44,670 nucleotides of DNA from an uncultured Clostridium sp. Its GTDB lineage: Bacteria > Bacillota > Clostridia > Oscillospirales > Acutalibacteraceae. The position numbers and the translations under genes were made by a program. The notes under the pieces were generated by a model. It had not been told where the DNA came from. It saw only the letters and a program-made list of their open reading frames with translations, and made no database searches. The stretch spans positions 1 through 44,670 of the forward strand of contig CAZFZW010000001.1 in NCBI GenBank assembly GCA_964523465.1, read 5' to 3'. Numbering within the stretch: the first letter of the stretch is position 1; each line of letters starts with the position of its first letter. Shown here in pieces: positions 35,820 to 44,670 of this stretch.

Positions 35820-37331
35820 TTGAACCGCAAAAAGGCAAAAGGGCATGAAAGATTAAAAAGATCGCACCGCCGTATGGTCTGCGAGATACTCGCAATTGTC
35901 ATTACGATTGCGTTGACGCTTGTGCTGTTCAGCTCGGGCGTGCTTGACTATGCCTACGCCTTTACGGAGATTATGAGCAATATGCAGAGCATACGCCGCT
36001 CGCTTGATAATGAGAATCCGTTTACTTATGAATATTATCAGGCTCTCTCCGATTTTTCTGAGAAGAACTATTATCTTATCGAGGTGTTTGACCCTGACGG
36101 AAACACCGTCTATTCAAACTCGCAGGGATTTTTGTCTTTCGGCGGCATTTACGGCAGCTCCGAGGGATTCGGGGAGATAGGCGGACTTTATGAGGCGGGG
36201 CAGGTCGTGCGTGTTTTCGATACATATGATGATGAAATGAGCATCGACCTTTATGAAAATCCCGGTGACGGGTCGTCTTACTACCGTTATCGTGTCGAGC
36301 TTAAAAACGGGGACACTCTGCGTATCTGGCTACCGCTTTATCAGGTTGAACGAAATGCAACCACCGCATCGGTGCTGCTCATTGCATTTGCGATAATTGC
36401 CGGAGCGGTTGCCTGCGGTATCATACTCTATTCCAACCTGCGTATAGCACGCCCCGTTGCCGAAATGGCGGAGATAACAGACGCTATGGCAAAGCTCGAT
36501 TTTACCAGAAAATGTGATGTTTATCCTCAGACAGATGTCCGCAATCTCGGCAAAAATATAAATGTGCTTTCCTCGTCGCTGAGCGAAACGCTTGACGAAT
36601 TGCAGGATAAAAACGAAAAACTTACCGAGGAGCTTGAGCACAGTGCGCTGATAGACGAGTCGAGAAAGAGCTTTATCGCAAATGTCTCTCACGAGCTGAA
36701 AACGCCTATTGCCATAATTCAGGGCTATGCGGAGGGACTTAAACTCGGCATAAACAGCGACCCCGAGAGCAGCGGCGAATACTGTGACATAATCCTCGAA
36801 GAAACCGACAAGATGAACAGAATAGTTATGGAACTTCTCAATCTTGAGAAAATTGAAAGCGGTTCATATGTACTGACTCTCGAACGCTTCGATTTGAGCG
36901 AGATGATAGCAAGTCAGCTTGCGGCATTCTCCATGATGTTTAACGATAACGGTATAATCGTTCAAAATAAGGTTCCCGACGGACTTTCGGTCAATTCCGA
37001 TGAGCGTACTGTTTTGCTCGTGTTGCAGAATTTTCTTTCAAATGCAGTGTCGAATATCGGCGGCAAGAAGATAATCCAGCTCACCGTTGAAGAGTTTGAT
37101 TCGGTTTACAGGGTCAGCGTCTATAATTCCGGCGACCCGATAGACGAAAGCGACCTTGACAAGATTTGGTACAGTTTCTATAAATCCTCGAAAAAACGCA
37201 AAAACGAGGACTTCCATTTCGGTCTCGGTCTGCCGATAGTTCACGCCATACAAAAGCGTCTTGACAAGGAATGCGGAGTGGTCAATGAGCACAGCGGTGT
37301 GCGTTTCTGGTTTGATGTGGACAAGGCGTGA
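35820..37331 (+). CDS. Sensor histidine kinase (2 TM, HAMP, HisKA, HATPase)
   Basis: SHELKTP H-box, NFLSNA N-box, GLGL G2 box. Confidence 0.96.
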   Translation: MNRKKAKGHERLKRSHRRMVCEILAIVITIALTLVLFSSGVLDYAYAFTEIMSNMQSIRRSLDNENPFTYEYYQALSDFSEKNYYLIEVFDPDGNTVYSNSQGFLSFGGIYGSSEGFGEIGGLYEAGQVVRVFDTYDDEMSIDLYENPGDGSSYYRYRVELKNGDTLRIWLPLYQVERNATTASVLLIAFAIIAGAVACGIILYSNLRIARPVAEMAEITDAMAKLDFTRKCDVYPQTDVRNLGKNINVLSSSLSETLDELQDKNEKLTEELEHSALIDESRKSFIANVSHELKTPIAIIQGYAEGLKLGINSDPESSGEYCDIILEETDKMNRIVMELLNLEKIESGSYVLTLERFDLSEMIASQLAAFSMMFNDNGIIVQNKVPDGLSVNSDERTVLLVLQNFLSNAVSNIGGKKIIQLTVEEFDSVYRVSVYNSGDPIDESDLDKIWYSFYKSSKKRKNEDFHFGLGLPIVHAIQKRLDKECGVVNEHSGVRFWFDVDKA

Positions 37332-37361
37332 GAATTTGATTCGTGTGCCAATGCACCGAGG

Positions 37362-37390
37362 TTGAATAATCGTGCAAAAAATGTTATAAT
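37362..37390 (+). promoter_or_regulatory. Sigma-A promoter of DUF5696 gene
   Basis: TTGAAT-17 nt-TATAAT with extended TG. Confidence 0.7.
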
Positions 37391-37422
37391 AATCGAAAGC
37401 TGATTTGTTAGGAGAGCTTATT

Positions 37423-39684
37423 ATGATGAAAAACTCCGAAACTAAATATATAACGAGAGCCGTGTCGATTTTACTTTCGGCGGCAATGCTGCTTACTTTG
37501 TGTGCCTGTTCAAATGCTGTTTCGGTCAGCAAAATTAAGGGCAAACCCAAGCAGGTCGCACAGACCGAGAGTACACTGCTTCACTCTGTCGGAGAACAGG
37601 GTGAGTTCCAAAAGGTGGGCGAGTCGGGTCTTATTGAACTGTGGTTTGACGAGAGCACATATTCCGTGTGTGTGGCCGACCGCTCTCATGAGGACAGCGA
37701 GAAGATATGGACAACTCTTCCGTCCGATGAAAATTCCTCCGCTGCCGCCGCAACTCTCGAGATAGTCAACGGCGATACGCTGTATCTGCTCAATACGCAG
37801 GACAACAGCGTGTCTTATCAAAAGGCAAAGTATGAGTTCAACGACAATTCGGTTGTTGTGACATATTCGGTGTTCGCCGACAAGGCTACCGCCCAAAAGA
37901 GCGAGTATGACAAAAACGATATTGCGTTCAAGCTTGTGTTGAGTTATGAGCTGCAGGACGGCAATATGTATGTCAGCGCAAAGTATGAGAACCTTGTGGA
38001 AAATTCCAAGGCAAAGCTCACCAGACTTTATCTGCTCGACAGCTTCGGTTCATATACACAGCCGGGTCAGGGAGATTATATGTTCGTCCCCGACGGCAGC
38101 GGTGCTCTGATAAAGACCGATACCGCCGACGGTTCGTTTGTTTCACAGCTCGAACTCCCCGTTTACGGAGCCGATCCCGCATCGGGTCAGACCGATGAGG
38201 ATGTGACAGCCGCCCGTGTGCCTGCTTACGGTATGAAACAGGGCGACAACGCCTTTGTCGTAATAATCGATGGCGGCGATGCCATAGCTACCGTGTGTGC
38301 GGACAGAGTCAGAGAGGGCAACGCTTTTTATGAAGTCGGTGTATTTTTCGATATAACGCCGTGTGCGGTGAAGAAAAACAGATATTACCTCAGCGATGAG
38401 TCTTATGACGGCGACATCAGCCTTTGCATCCGTTTCCTCAACGGCTCGAATGCAAGCTATACCGGCATGGCGGTGGCCGTGCGTGAGCAGCTGATAAGAG
38501 AACGCGTGCTCTCGACCAAGACTTATACTCACGATGATGAATATCTTCCTTTGGATTTGAGCGTTATCGGCGTTTCCGATGACATCCTGTTCTCGATAAG
38601 CAAGTTCAGCCCGAGGACAGCAAGGGTGTTCACGAGCTTTGAACAGTCCCTCGATATGCTCATGCGAATGAAGTCAAAGGGAATAAACTCGATAAAACTG
38701 CGCTATAAGGGCGCAATAACAGGTGGCATAGACCAGTCGGATATAATGTCTGCATCCGTGCTCAACAGAGTCGGCTCAAAAAACGATTTTGACGAGCTTT
38801 ACGAATATATCGATGCCCAGAATATGGAGATATATCTTGATATAGACCTTTTCTCTGCGGCAAAGGATGATGCGTTCTCTTCGTCGAAAACGGCCGGGAA
38901 TATATTCGGAAAGAAGGCCGAATATACTAAGAACAATTCTGCCTCCGCTTCTGTCGGAAAGGCAGGATATGAAAAGCGTCTGCTCGGAGTCGATAACATC
39001 GAAAAGGCGATAATCGAGATTTTGAGCAACTCACGCTTTACGCAGTTTACGGGAATCTGCCTTAACGATGTCGGCAGTGTTCTGTATTCCGATTATGAAA
39101 ACGGCTTCAACCGTCAGGAGAGTGCACAGGAGATTTCCGACAAGCTTCCGGCACTCACCGCAAATATGAAGCTGATGACCGATACGGGCAACTTCTCTAT
39201 GGTTAAAAGTGTCAGCTTCGTTTCGCACCTGCCAACATCAGCATCCCACGAAAACTCCGCTTATGTCAGCATCCCGTTCGTTGAGCTTGTTTTGCACGGT
39301 ATGGTAGGTTATTCCTGCGAGCCGCTCAACTACGGCGATGACATTGAAACTGCGTTTTTGCGTTGTGTTGAATACGGTGCAGACCCGTCGTTTGAGTGGA
39401 CATATTCGGCATCGTACACTGACAAAAAGAACAAGGGCGATGACAGCACAGGCGGTGTCTATTACGAAAATTGGATAACCACCGCTGCGGAGCTTTATGA
39501 GCGTGCGGACTCGGCACTCAGAGACCTTCAAAGTGCCCGCATGACCTCGCACAGTGAGGTGAGAAGCGGCGTGTTCTGCACGGAATACGATACCGGCGCA
39601 AAAATATATGTAAACTACACGGAATCCGACGTCACAATAAGCGGTATAACCGTACCGGCCGGTGACTTCTTGAGAATAAACTGA
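37423..39684 (+). CDS. DUF5696-like large lipoprotein
   Basis: Lipobox LCAC; YMFVPDGSGALI, LPVYGAD, IPFVELVLHG, IYVNYT motifs recalled for DUF5696. Confidence 0.75.
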   Translation: MMKNSETKYITRAVSILLSAAMLLTLCACSNAVSVSKIKGKPKQVAQTESTLLHSVGEQGEFQKVGESGLIELWFDESTYSVCVADRSHEDSEKIWTTLPSDENSSAAAATLEIVNGDTLYLLNTQDNSVSYQKAKYEFNDNSVVVTYSVFADKATAQKSEYDKNDIAFKLVLSYELQDGNMYVSAKYENLVENSKAKLTRLYLLDSFGSYTQPGQGDYMFVPDGSGALIKTDTADGSFVSQLELPVYGADPASGQTDEDVTAARVPAYGMKQGDNAFVVIIDGGDAIATVCADRVREGNAFYEVGVFFDITPCAVKKNRYYLSDESYDGDISLCIRFLNGSNASYTGMAVAVREQLIRERVLSTKTYTHDDEYLPLDLSVIGVSDDILFSISKFSPRTARVFTSFEQSLDMLMRMKSKGINSIKLRYKGAITGGIDQSDIMSASVLNRVGSKNDFDELYEYIDAQNMEIYLDIDLFSAAKDDAFSSSKTAGNIFGKKAEYTKNNSASASVGKAGYEKRLLGVDNIEKAIIEILSNSRFTQFTGICLNDVGSVLYSDYENGFNRQESAQEISDKLPALTANMKLMTDTGNFSMVKSVSFVSHLPTSASHENSAYVSIPFVELVLHGMVGYSCEPLNYGDDIETAFLRCVEYGADPSFEWTYSASYTDKKNKGDDSTGGVYYENWITTAAELYERADSALRDLQSARMTSHSEVRSGVFCTEYDTGAKIYVNYTESDVTISGITVPAGDFLRIN

Positions 39685-39695
39685 GGAGGATAATT

Positions 39696-40040
39696 ATGCC
39701 TTATATCAGCACACAGGTAAATATTGAACTTGCAAAAGAAAAACAGGACAGACTTGCAAAGAAATACGGCGAGATAATCACCCTCGTCCCCGGCAAGACA
39801 GAGCGTTGGCTGATGCTTTCGTTCAGCGACAAAAACGAGATGTACTTTGCGGGAAAGTCGGACGAACCGATGGCTTATATCGAGCTCAAACTCTTCGGCG
39901 GCACGACCGACAGTGTTTATGACAGCCTGACAAAGGCGGTCTGCGATAGTGTTTCCGATATCCTCGGCATTGACCCTGCCAATATTTATGTCAAGTATGA
40001 GGAAGCGGAGCATTGGGGCTGGAATGGCTCGAACTTCTGA
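39696..40040 (+). CDS. MIF/tautomerase superfamily protein
   Basis: N-terminal Pro, PGKTERWLM, IYVKY, WGWNGSNF. Confidence 0.92.
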   Translation: MPYISTQVNIELAKEKQDRLAKKYGEIITLVPGKTERWLMLSFSDKNEMYFAGKSDEPMAYIELKLFGGTTDSVYDSLTKAVCDSVSDILGIDPANIYVKYEEAEHWGWNGSNF

Positions 40041-40049
40041 TTGAACTTT

Positions 40050-40085
40050 AAAAGTGCCGACAGGTTGTTCGGCACTTTTCTTTTT
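40050..40085 (+). terminator. Terminator after MIF gene
   Basis: AAAAGTGCCGA/TCGGCACTTTT. Confidence 0.85.
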
Positions 40086-40109
40086 GCGGACGATAGTTCT
40101 AAATCCTTG

Positions 40110-40146
40110 TTGACAGTTCGCATATGACATTATATAATTGTCATAT
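40110..40146 (+). promoter_or_regulatory. Consensus sigma-A promoter of capD with overlapping palindromic operator
   Basis: TTGACA-17 nt-TATAAT; ATATGACA-N9-TGTCATAT brackets the -10. Confidence 0.8.
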
Positions 40147-40180
40147 AAAATGGGTGGTTTATAAAACGGAGGGATTTGCT

Positions 40181-42100
40181 TTGAAAAAACGCAGTGTACT
40201 TGTTTCCGTGCTGTATTTTTCCGATATATTTGTACTTATCTTTTCGATTTTCTGTTCTGCGTGGATGCGAAGCGATTTTAAATTAAAGCCGCTTGTCGAT
40301 ATGGCAAAGCTCAAGGGATTTTGGGCCTCGATAATTCTACTTGCCGCCATGTATGCCTGTGCATACACGCTTTCGAGGTCTTATCAGGTGCTTTGGGAAT
40401 ATGCGTCATTGCGTGATGCGTGCGTGATAGGTGCGTGTGCTATGGGCGTTATGGTTCTTTATGCCGTTATTTGTCAGATACTCTCGCTGCCGTTTTTCGG
40501 CTCGGCGGTTTATGTTATGGCGGCACTCATATGCTGTGCGGGTGTTGTCGGAATAAGAATGATTGCCAGGACAGTCAGACGCAAGCCGTGGGAAGCTGTG
40601 ACTCCCAAGAGTGACAGAAACAACACGATGGTAATCGGCGCAGGCGATGCGGCGAATCTGCTCATTCACGAGATAAAGACAAGCCCGAGTATGGAATACT
40701 ATCCCGTCTGCATTTTGGACGATTCGCCCGAAAAGCGATTCAGCAGAGTTTATGGCGTTAAAGTAGTCGGCAACTGCGACCGCATAGAAGAAGCAGTTGA
40801 AAAATACGGCGTGAACACAATAATTTTTGCCATTCCCTCGGCAATGCCCGAACGCAAAGCGGAGATACTTCGTCGCTGTTCAAAGACAGGCTGCGCCGTC
40901 AAGACCCTGCCGGGAATCAATCAGATAATCGATAACAAGGTAGGTCTTTCCAATATCCGTTCGGTCAATATCGAAGACCTGCTCGGCAGAGAGCCGATAA
41001 AAATCAAGCTCGATTCCGTCATGGATTATGTCAGCGGCAAAACCGTGCTCGTCACGGGAGGCGGTGGCTCGATAGGCAGTGAGCTTTGCCGTCAGATAGC
41101 CGAGCACGCTCCGCACAAGCTGATAATTTTCGATATTTATGAAAATAATGCTTATGATATTCAAAATGAACTGCTTCGAACTCATCCCGAGGTCGATGTC
41201 AAGGTTCTCATAGGCTCTGTCAGAGACAGCAAGAGACTTGACGCCGTGTTTTCACGCTATCGCCCGAATATTGTCTATCACGCCGCCGCACATAAGCACG
41301 TGCCGCTGATGGAGGACAACCCCAACGAGGCGATAAAGAACAATGTTTTCGGCACACTCAAAACCGTGCGTGCCGCAGATAAATACGGCGCAGACCGCTT
41401 TGTGCTCATCTCAACCGATAAAGCGGTCAACCCCACCAATATTATGGGTGCGACAAAGCGTATCTGCGAGATGATAGTTCAGACTTATAACAAACACTCC
41501 GAGACTGAATTTGTCGCTGTCAGATTCGGCAATGTCCTCGGCTCAAACGGCTCGGTCATTCCGCTTTTCAAAGAGCAGATAGCTCACGGCGGGCCCGTCA
41601 CTGTTACGCACAAGGATATAATCCGTTACTTTATGACTATTCCCGAGGCGGTGTCTCTGGTGCTCCAGGCAGGCGCATCGGCAAAGGGTGGCGAGATTTT
41701 TGTCCTTGATATGGGCGAGCCTGTCAAGATAGCCGACCTTGCGGAGAATCTGATAAGACTTTCGGGCTACACACCTTATGAGGATATAGACATCAAGTTT
41801 ACGGGACTTCGCCCGGGAGAAAAACTCTATGAGGAGTTGCTTATGGACGAAGAGGGACTCGAAGCCACCGCAAACAGCCTTATACATATCGGTAAACCTA
41901 TTGAGATAGATGAGGATGTTTTCTTCTCGGGTCTCGAGGAGCTTAAAGATATGATGTATGATGACAACGCCGATATACGCAAAGTGATTAAGAATTTGGT
42001 CACAACATACAGAGAACCGAATGTTGATACTCCGTCAGTAACGTTTATGAAAAGGGCAGACGAGCCGATGGCAGACAATGACGACACGGTAAGGATATGA
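40181..42100 (+). CDS. capD: Polysaccharide biosynthesis nucleoside-diphosphate sugar dehydratase (CapD/PglF-like)
   Basis: 4 TM, TGGGGSIGSE, HAAAHKHVP, STDKAVNPTN, RFGNVLGS, GLRPGEKL; TTG start after GGAGG. Confidence 0.95.
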   Translation: MKKRSVLVSVLYFSDIFVLIFSIFCSAWMRSDFKLKPLVDMAKLKGFWASIILLAAMYACAYTLSRSYQVLWEYASLRDACVIGACAMGVMVLYAVICQILSLPFFGSAVYVMAALICCAGVVGIRMIARTVRRKPWEAVTPKSDRNNTMVIGAGDAANLLIHEIKTSPSMEYYPVCILDDSPEKRFSRVYGVKVVGNCDRIEEAVEKYGVNTIIFAIPSAMPERKAEILRRCSKTGCAVKTLPGINQIIDNKVGLSNIRSVNIEDLLGREPIKIKLDSVMDYVSGKTVLVTGGGGSIGSELCRQIAEHAPHKLIIFDIYENNAYDIQNELLRTHPEVDVKVLIGSVRDSKRLDAVFSRYRPNIVYHAAAHKHVPLMEDNPNEAIKNNVFGTLKTVRAADKYGADRFVLISTDKAVNPTNIMGATKRICEMIVQTYNKHSETEFVAVRFGNVLGSNGSVIPLFKEQIAHGGPVTVTHKDIIRYFMTIPEAVSLVLQAGASAKGGEIFVLDMGEPVKIADLAENLIRLSGYTPYEDIDIKFTGLRPGEKLYEELLMDEEGLEATANSLIHIGKPIEIDEDVFFSGLEELKDMMYDDNADIRKVIKNLVTTYREPNVDTPSVTFMKRADEPMADNDDTVRI

Positions 42101-42106
42101 TTTTTC

Positions 42107-42142
42107 ACACACCGAAGCACAGTAGTGCTTCGGTGTGTTTTT
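42107..42142 (+). terminator. Terminator after capD
   Basis: 14-bp stem ACACACCGAAGCAC/GTGCTTCGGTGTGT plus T tract. Confidence 0.85.
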
Positions 42143-42216
42143 ATGAAGAACATAACTGGCTTGATGTTATCAAAACAAATAAATTTATTTTCACAACAAA
42201 AGTCGTTTGAAATTAG

Positions 42217-42251
42217 TTGAAACTTGCCGTATATATTGGTATAATTATAAT
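42217..42251 (+). promoter_or_regulatory. Sigma-A promoter(s) of the sugar transferase operon
   Basis: TTGAAA-17 nt-TATAAT, overlapped by TTGCCG-16 nt-TATAAT. Confidence 0.7.
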
Positions 42252-42293
42252 TAGGTAATTGTACGTTAAAATACATATTTTGGGGGATTCGAT

Positions 42294-42932
42294 TTGTATA
42301 AGGTACTGAAAAGAGCACTCGATGTTGTTCTTTCGCTTTTGGGTTTGATAGTGACCTCGCCCGTTCTGCTCATAGTCGCTCTGGCAGTGAAACTCGACTC
42401 CAAAGGCCCAGCCATTTTTAAGCAGGAGAGACTCGGACTTAATGGCAAAGTTTTTGAAATGTACAAGTTTCGCTCGATGTGTGTCGGTGCGGAGCAGATG
42501 GGCACGGGGCAGTATTCGTTCAAGGGCGACAGCCGTGTGACAAAAGTAGGCAAAATAATCCGTGCAACAAGCCTTGATGAACTGCCGCAGTTTGTCAATA
42601 TTTTAAAGGGCGATATGAGCTTTATCGGCCCCAGACCGACACTTACTTATCATCCGTGGCCGCTTGAGGAATACAGCGAATTTCAGCTCAAACGTTTTGA
42701 TGTTCGCCCGGGAATAACAGGACTTGCACAGGTCAACGGCAGAAAGGCAATCGAGTGGAACGAGCGTATCAAATACGATGTCGAATATGTCGAGAATCTC
42801 TCTTTTGCTCTCGACTGCAAAATACTTTTCAAGACCGTGCTCAACGTCATTGCGATGAAGGATAACGGAAATGTGAGCGAGACTGCAAAGAAACAGGAGA
42901 ATGAAAATGCTGACTCTGATGTACATAACTAA
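42294..42932 (+). CDS. Priming phosphoglycosyltransferase (bacterial sugar transferase, PglC/EpsL-like)
   Basis: KRALD, YKFRSM, SLDELPQ, GDMSFIGPRP, RPGITGLAQV. Confidence 0.96.
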   Translation: MYKVLKRALDVVLSLLGLIVTSPVLLIVALAVKLDSKGPAIFKQERLGLNGKVFEMYKFRSMCVGAEQMGTGQYSFKGDSRVTKVGKIIRATSLDELPQFVNILKGDMSFIGPRPTLTYHPWPLEEYSEFQLKRFDVRPGITGLAQVNGRKAIEWNERIKYDVEYVENLSFALDCKILFKTVLNVIAMKDNGNVSETAKKQENENADSDVHN

Positions 42933-43731
42933 TTCCCCCGATGTTGCAAAAATAGCGGACAGAGCAGGGGTGGACAGAATTTTCATAGACCTCGAGCAGC
43001 ACGGCAAGCAGAAACGCCAGGCAAACTGGGATTCCGTCAAGTCGAAACACAGCATTGAGGATATACCGAAAGTTAAAGCCGTGCTCAAAAACGCAGAACT
43101 TCTTGTGCGTACCGACCCCGTTTTTGACGGACTTGAGCAGGAGATAGAGAGCGTTCTGAGCTGCTCGCCCGATGTTATTATGCTCCCGTATTTCAAGACG
43201 GTAGAGGAAGTGGAAAAATTTCTCTCCATGGTCGGCGGCAGAGCAAAAACCTCACTGCTCGTTGAAACCAAAGAGGCGCAGGAAAAGCTTGATGATATAC
43301 TGTCTCTTGGCGGAATCGATGAGATACATATCGGTCTTAACGACCTTTCACATTCGCACGGCAAGCGATTTCTCTTTGAAGAGCTCGCAGACGGCACGGT
43401 GGATGAGCTTGTCAGGTGTATAAAATCACACGGCATAGAGCACTTCGGCTTTGGCGGCATAGCGTCACTGGGCAAGGGACTCTTGCCTGCCGAGAGAATA
43501 ATCCCCGAACACTACAGGCTCGGTTCGACCTGCGCCATACTCTCGAGAGCGTTTTGTGACACTTCAAAGGTCACTGACCTTGAAGAAATAGAGAGGATTT
43601 TTACCGATGGCGTAAAGGCGGTGCGTGAGTTCGAGAAGAAGTGCGAAAAAATGAACGAGGATGAGCTTGCGAAAAATTCCGAGATACTCACTCAAACAGT
43701 CAGAGAAATAGTCGGCAATATGTCGAATTAA
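42901..43731 (+). CDS. HpcH/HpaI aldolase/citrate lyase family protein
   Basis: IFIDLE, MLP, LVET, IHIGLNDL. Confidence 0.85.
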   Translation: MKMLTLMYITNSPDVAKIADRAGVDRIFIDLEQHGKQKRQANWDSVKSKHSIEDIPKVKAVLKNAELLVRTDPVFDGLEQEIESVLSCSPDVIMLPYFKTVEEVEKFLSMVGGRAKTSLLVETKEAQEKLDDILSLGGIDEIHIGLNDLSHSHGKRFLFEELADGTVDELVRCIKSHGIEHFGFGGIASLGKGLLPAERIIPEHYRLGSTCAILSRAFCDTSKVTDLEEIERIFTDGVKAVREFEKKCEKMNEDELAKNSEILTQTVREIVGNMSN

Positions 43732-43741
43732 GGTGAAGAAT

Positions 43742-44670
43742 ATGAAAGTGTTGTTCGTTGCGACTGTTCGCAGTCATATTGGTCAATTTCATATGCCGTT
43801 TATCCGTCAGCTGAAAGCAAACGGCGTGGAGGTTCATGCGGCATTCAGGGATAACTCTGCGGATAAACCCGGACTTGACCTTTCCGCAATAGATAAAACT
43901 TTTGAAGTTCCTTTTGAGCGTCAACCTTTGAAGCCTGCAAATATCAAGGCGTATAAAGCACTCAAAAAGATAATTGACGAGAATAATTACGATGCCGTTC
44001 ATTGTCACACACCCATGGGTGCGGTTATCACAAGACTTGCGGCGAAAAATGCACGCAAAAATGGCACAAAGGTTATCTACACTGCCCACGGATTCCATTT
44101 CTTCAAAGGTGCGTCGAAGAAGAATTGGCTGATGTTCTATCCGATTGAAAAGTATCTTTCAAAATACACCGATTGCCTTATCACCATAAACAGCGAGGAC
44201 TACGAGCTTGCCAAAGAAAAAGGCTTCAGGGCAAAGATGATACGCAGGGTTCACGGCGTGGGTGTCGAGCTTGACCGTTTCAAAGCTGCGGACAAAGCTG
44301 AAAAGTCTCACCTTCGTGCTGAGTATGGCTATTCGGACAATGATTTTATTATGATTTTTCCGGCTAACCTTCTTCTCGAAAAGGGGCACCCGATGCTTTT
44401 CGACGCATTGGAGAAGGTGGTCAAAGTGCACGATAATGTGAAACTGATTCTGCCGGGACTCAAGACGGAAGAAGAACTTTACTCGCAGATTATCAAACAA
44501 AAGGGTTTGGAAAAATATGTTGATTTTCTCGGCTATCGCCGTGATATTGACAAGCTCGCCGCAATGAGCGATATTTCAGTCACTGCCAGCCGCAGAGAGG
44601 GTCTGCCCGTGAATCTCATTGAGGCTATGGCTGTCGGAAATCCGATAGTCGCAACAAGGGTGCGAGGCAA
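43742..44670 (+). CDS. Glycosyltransferase family 4 (EpsD-like), 3' end runs off the window
   Basis: Manual translation MKVLFVATVRSHIGQFHMPFI..HCHTPMG..YTAHGFHF..REGLPVNLIEAMA; not in the supplied ORF track. Confidence 0.95.
   Translation, partial: MKVLFVATVRSHIGQFHMPFIRQLKANGVEVHAAFRDNSADKPGLDLSAIDKTFEVPFERQPLKPANIKAYKALKKIIDENNYDAVHCHTPMGAVITRLAAKNARKNGTKVIYTAHGFHFFKGASKKNWLMFYPIEKYLSKYTDCLITINSEDYELAKEKGFRAKMIRRVHGVGVELDRFKAADKAEKSHLRAEYGYSDNDFIMIFPANLLLEKGHPMLFDALEKVVKVHDNVKLILPGLKTEEELYSQIIKQKGLEKYVDFLGYRRDIDKLAAMSDISVTASRREGLPVNLIEAMAVGNPIVATRVRG

Noticed and set aside
1-44670. CRISPR arrays, tRNAs, IS elements, prophage or defence island near the WYL gene
   Set aside because: No repeat-spacer periodicity, cloverleaf motifs, transposase, integrase or nuclease genes were seen by eye

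Overview
A 44.7 kb core-chromosome segment of a roughly 50% GC Clostridia-class bacterium. An Oscillospirales-like gut or rumen spore former is inferred from gene content and protein style. It holds about 40 CDS: a GPH-family MFS transporter coupled to an M20 amidohydrolase, feoA-feoB-Cys-rich peptide, rplS (with L19 leader) and two lepB, two tandem membrane-embedded M28 peptidases, pdxK-thyA-folA, a YrkC-like cupin, pepT, a GH38 alpha-mannosidase plus esterase, a TIM-barrel epimerase, a stand-alone WYL regulator, a secreted PHP hydrolase, alkD-GH3, an acyl-CoA synthetase, glmS, DUF3793-flavodoxin-HMA, a Nudix/exporter/LCAT-like operon, an OmpR/histidine kinase pair, a DUF5696 lipoprotein with MIF, and the start of a surface-polysaccharide locus. 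I saw no tRNA, rRNA, CRISPR array, transposase or prophage. The most interesting signals are mostly outside the supplied ORFs: (1) a ~260 nt promoter-to-terminator structured RNA candidate (2310-2572) with duplicated covarying hairpins and anti-Shine-Dalgarno motifs; (2) a GTTAGC-N4-GCTAAC operator linking the feo and flavodoxin operons; (3) an unannotated 35-aa membrane peptide; (4) an identical 14-mer at the -35 of two unrelated promoters; (5) a catalytically degenerate pyrophosphatase domain fused to a Nudix hydrolase. All family calls come from motif recognition by eye; no database search was run.
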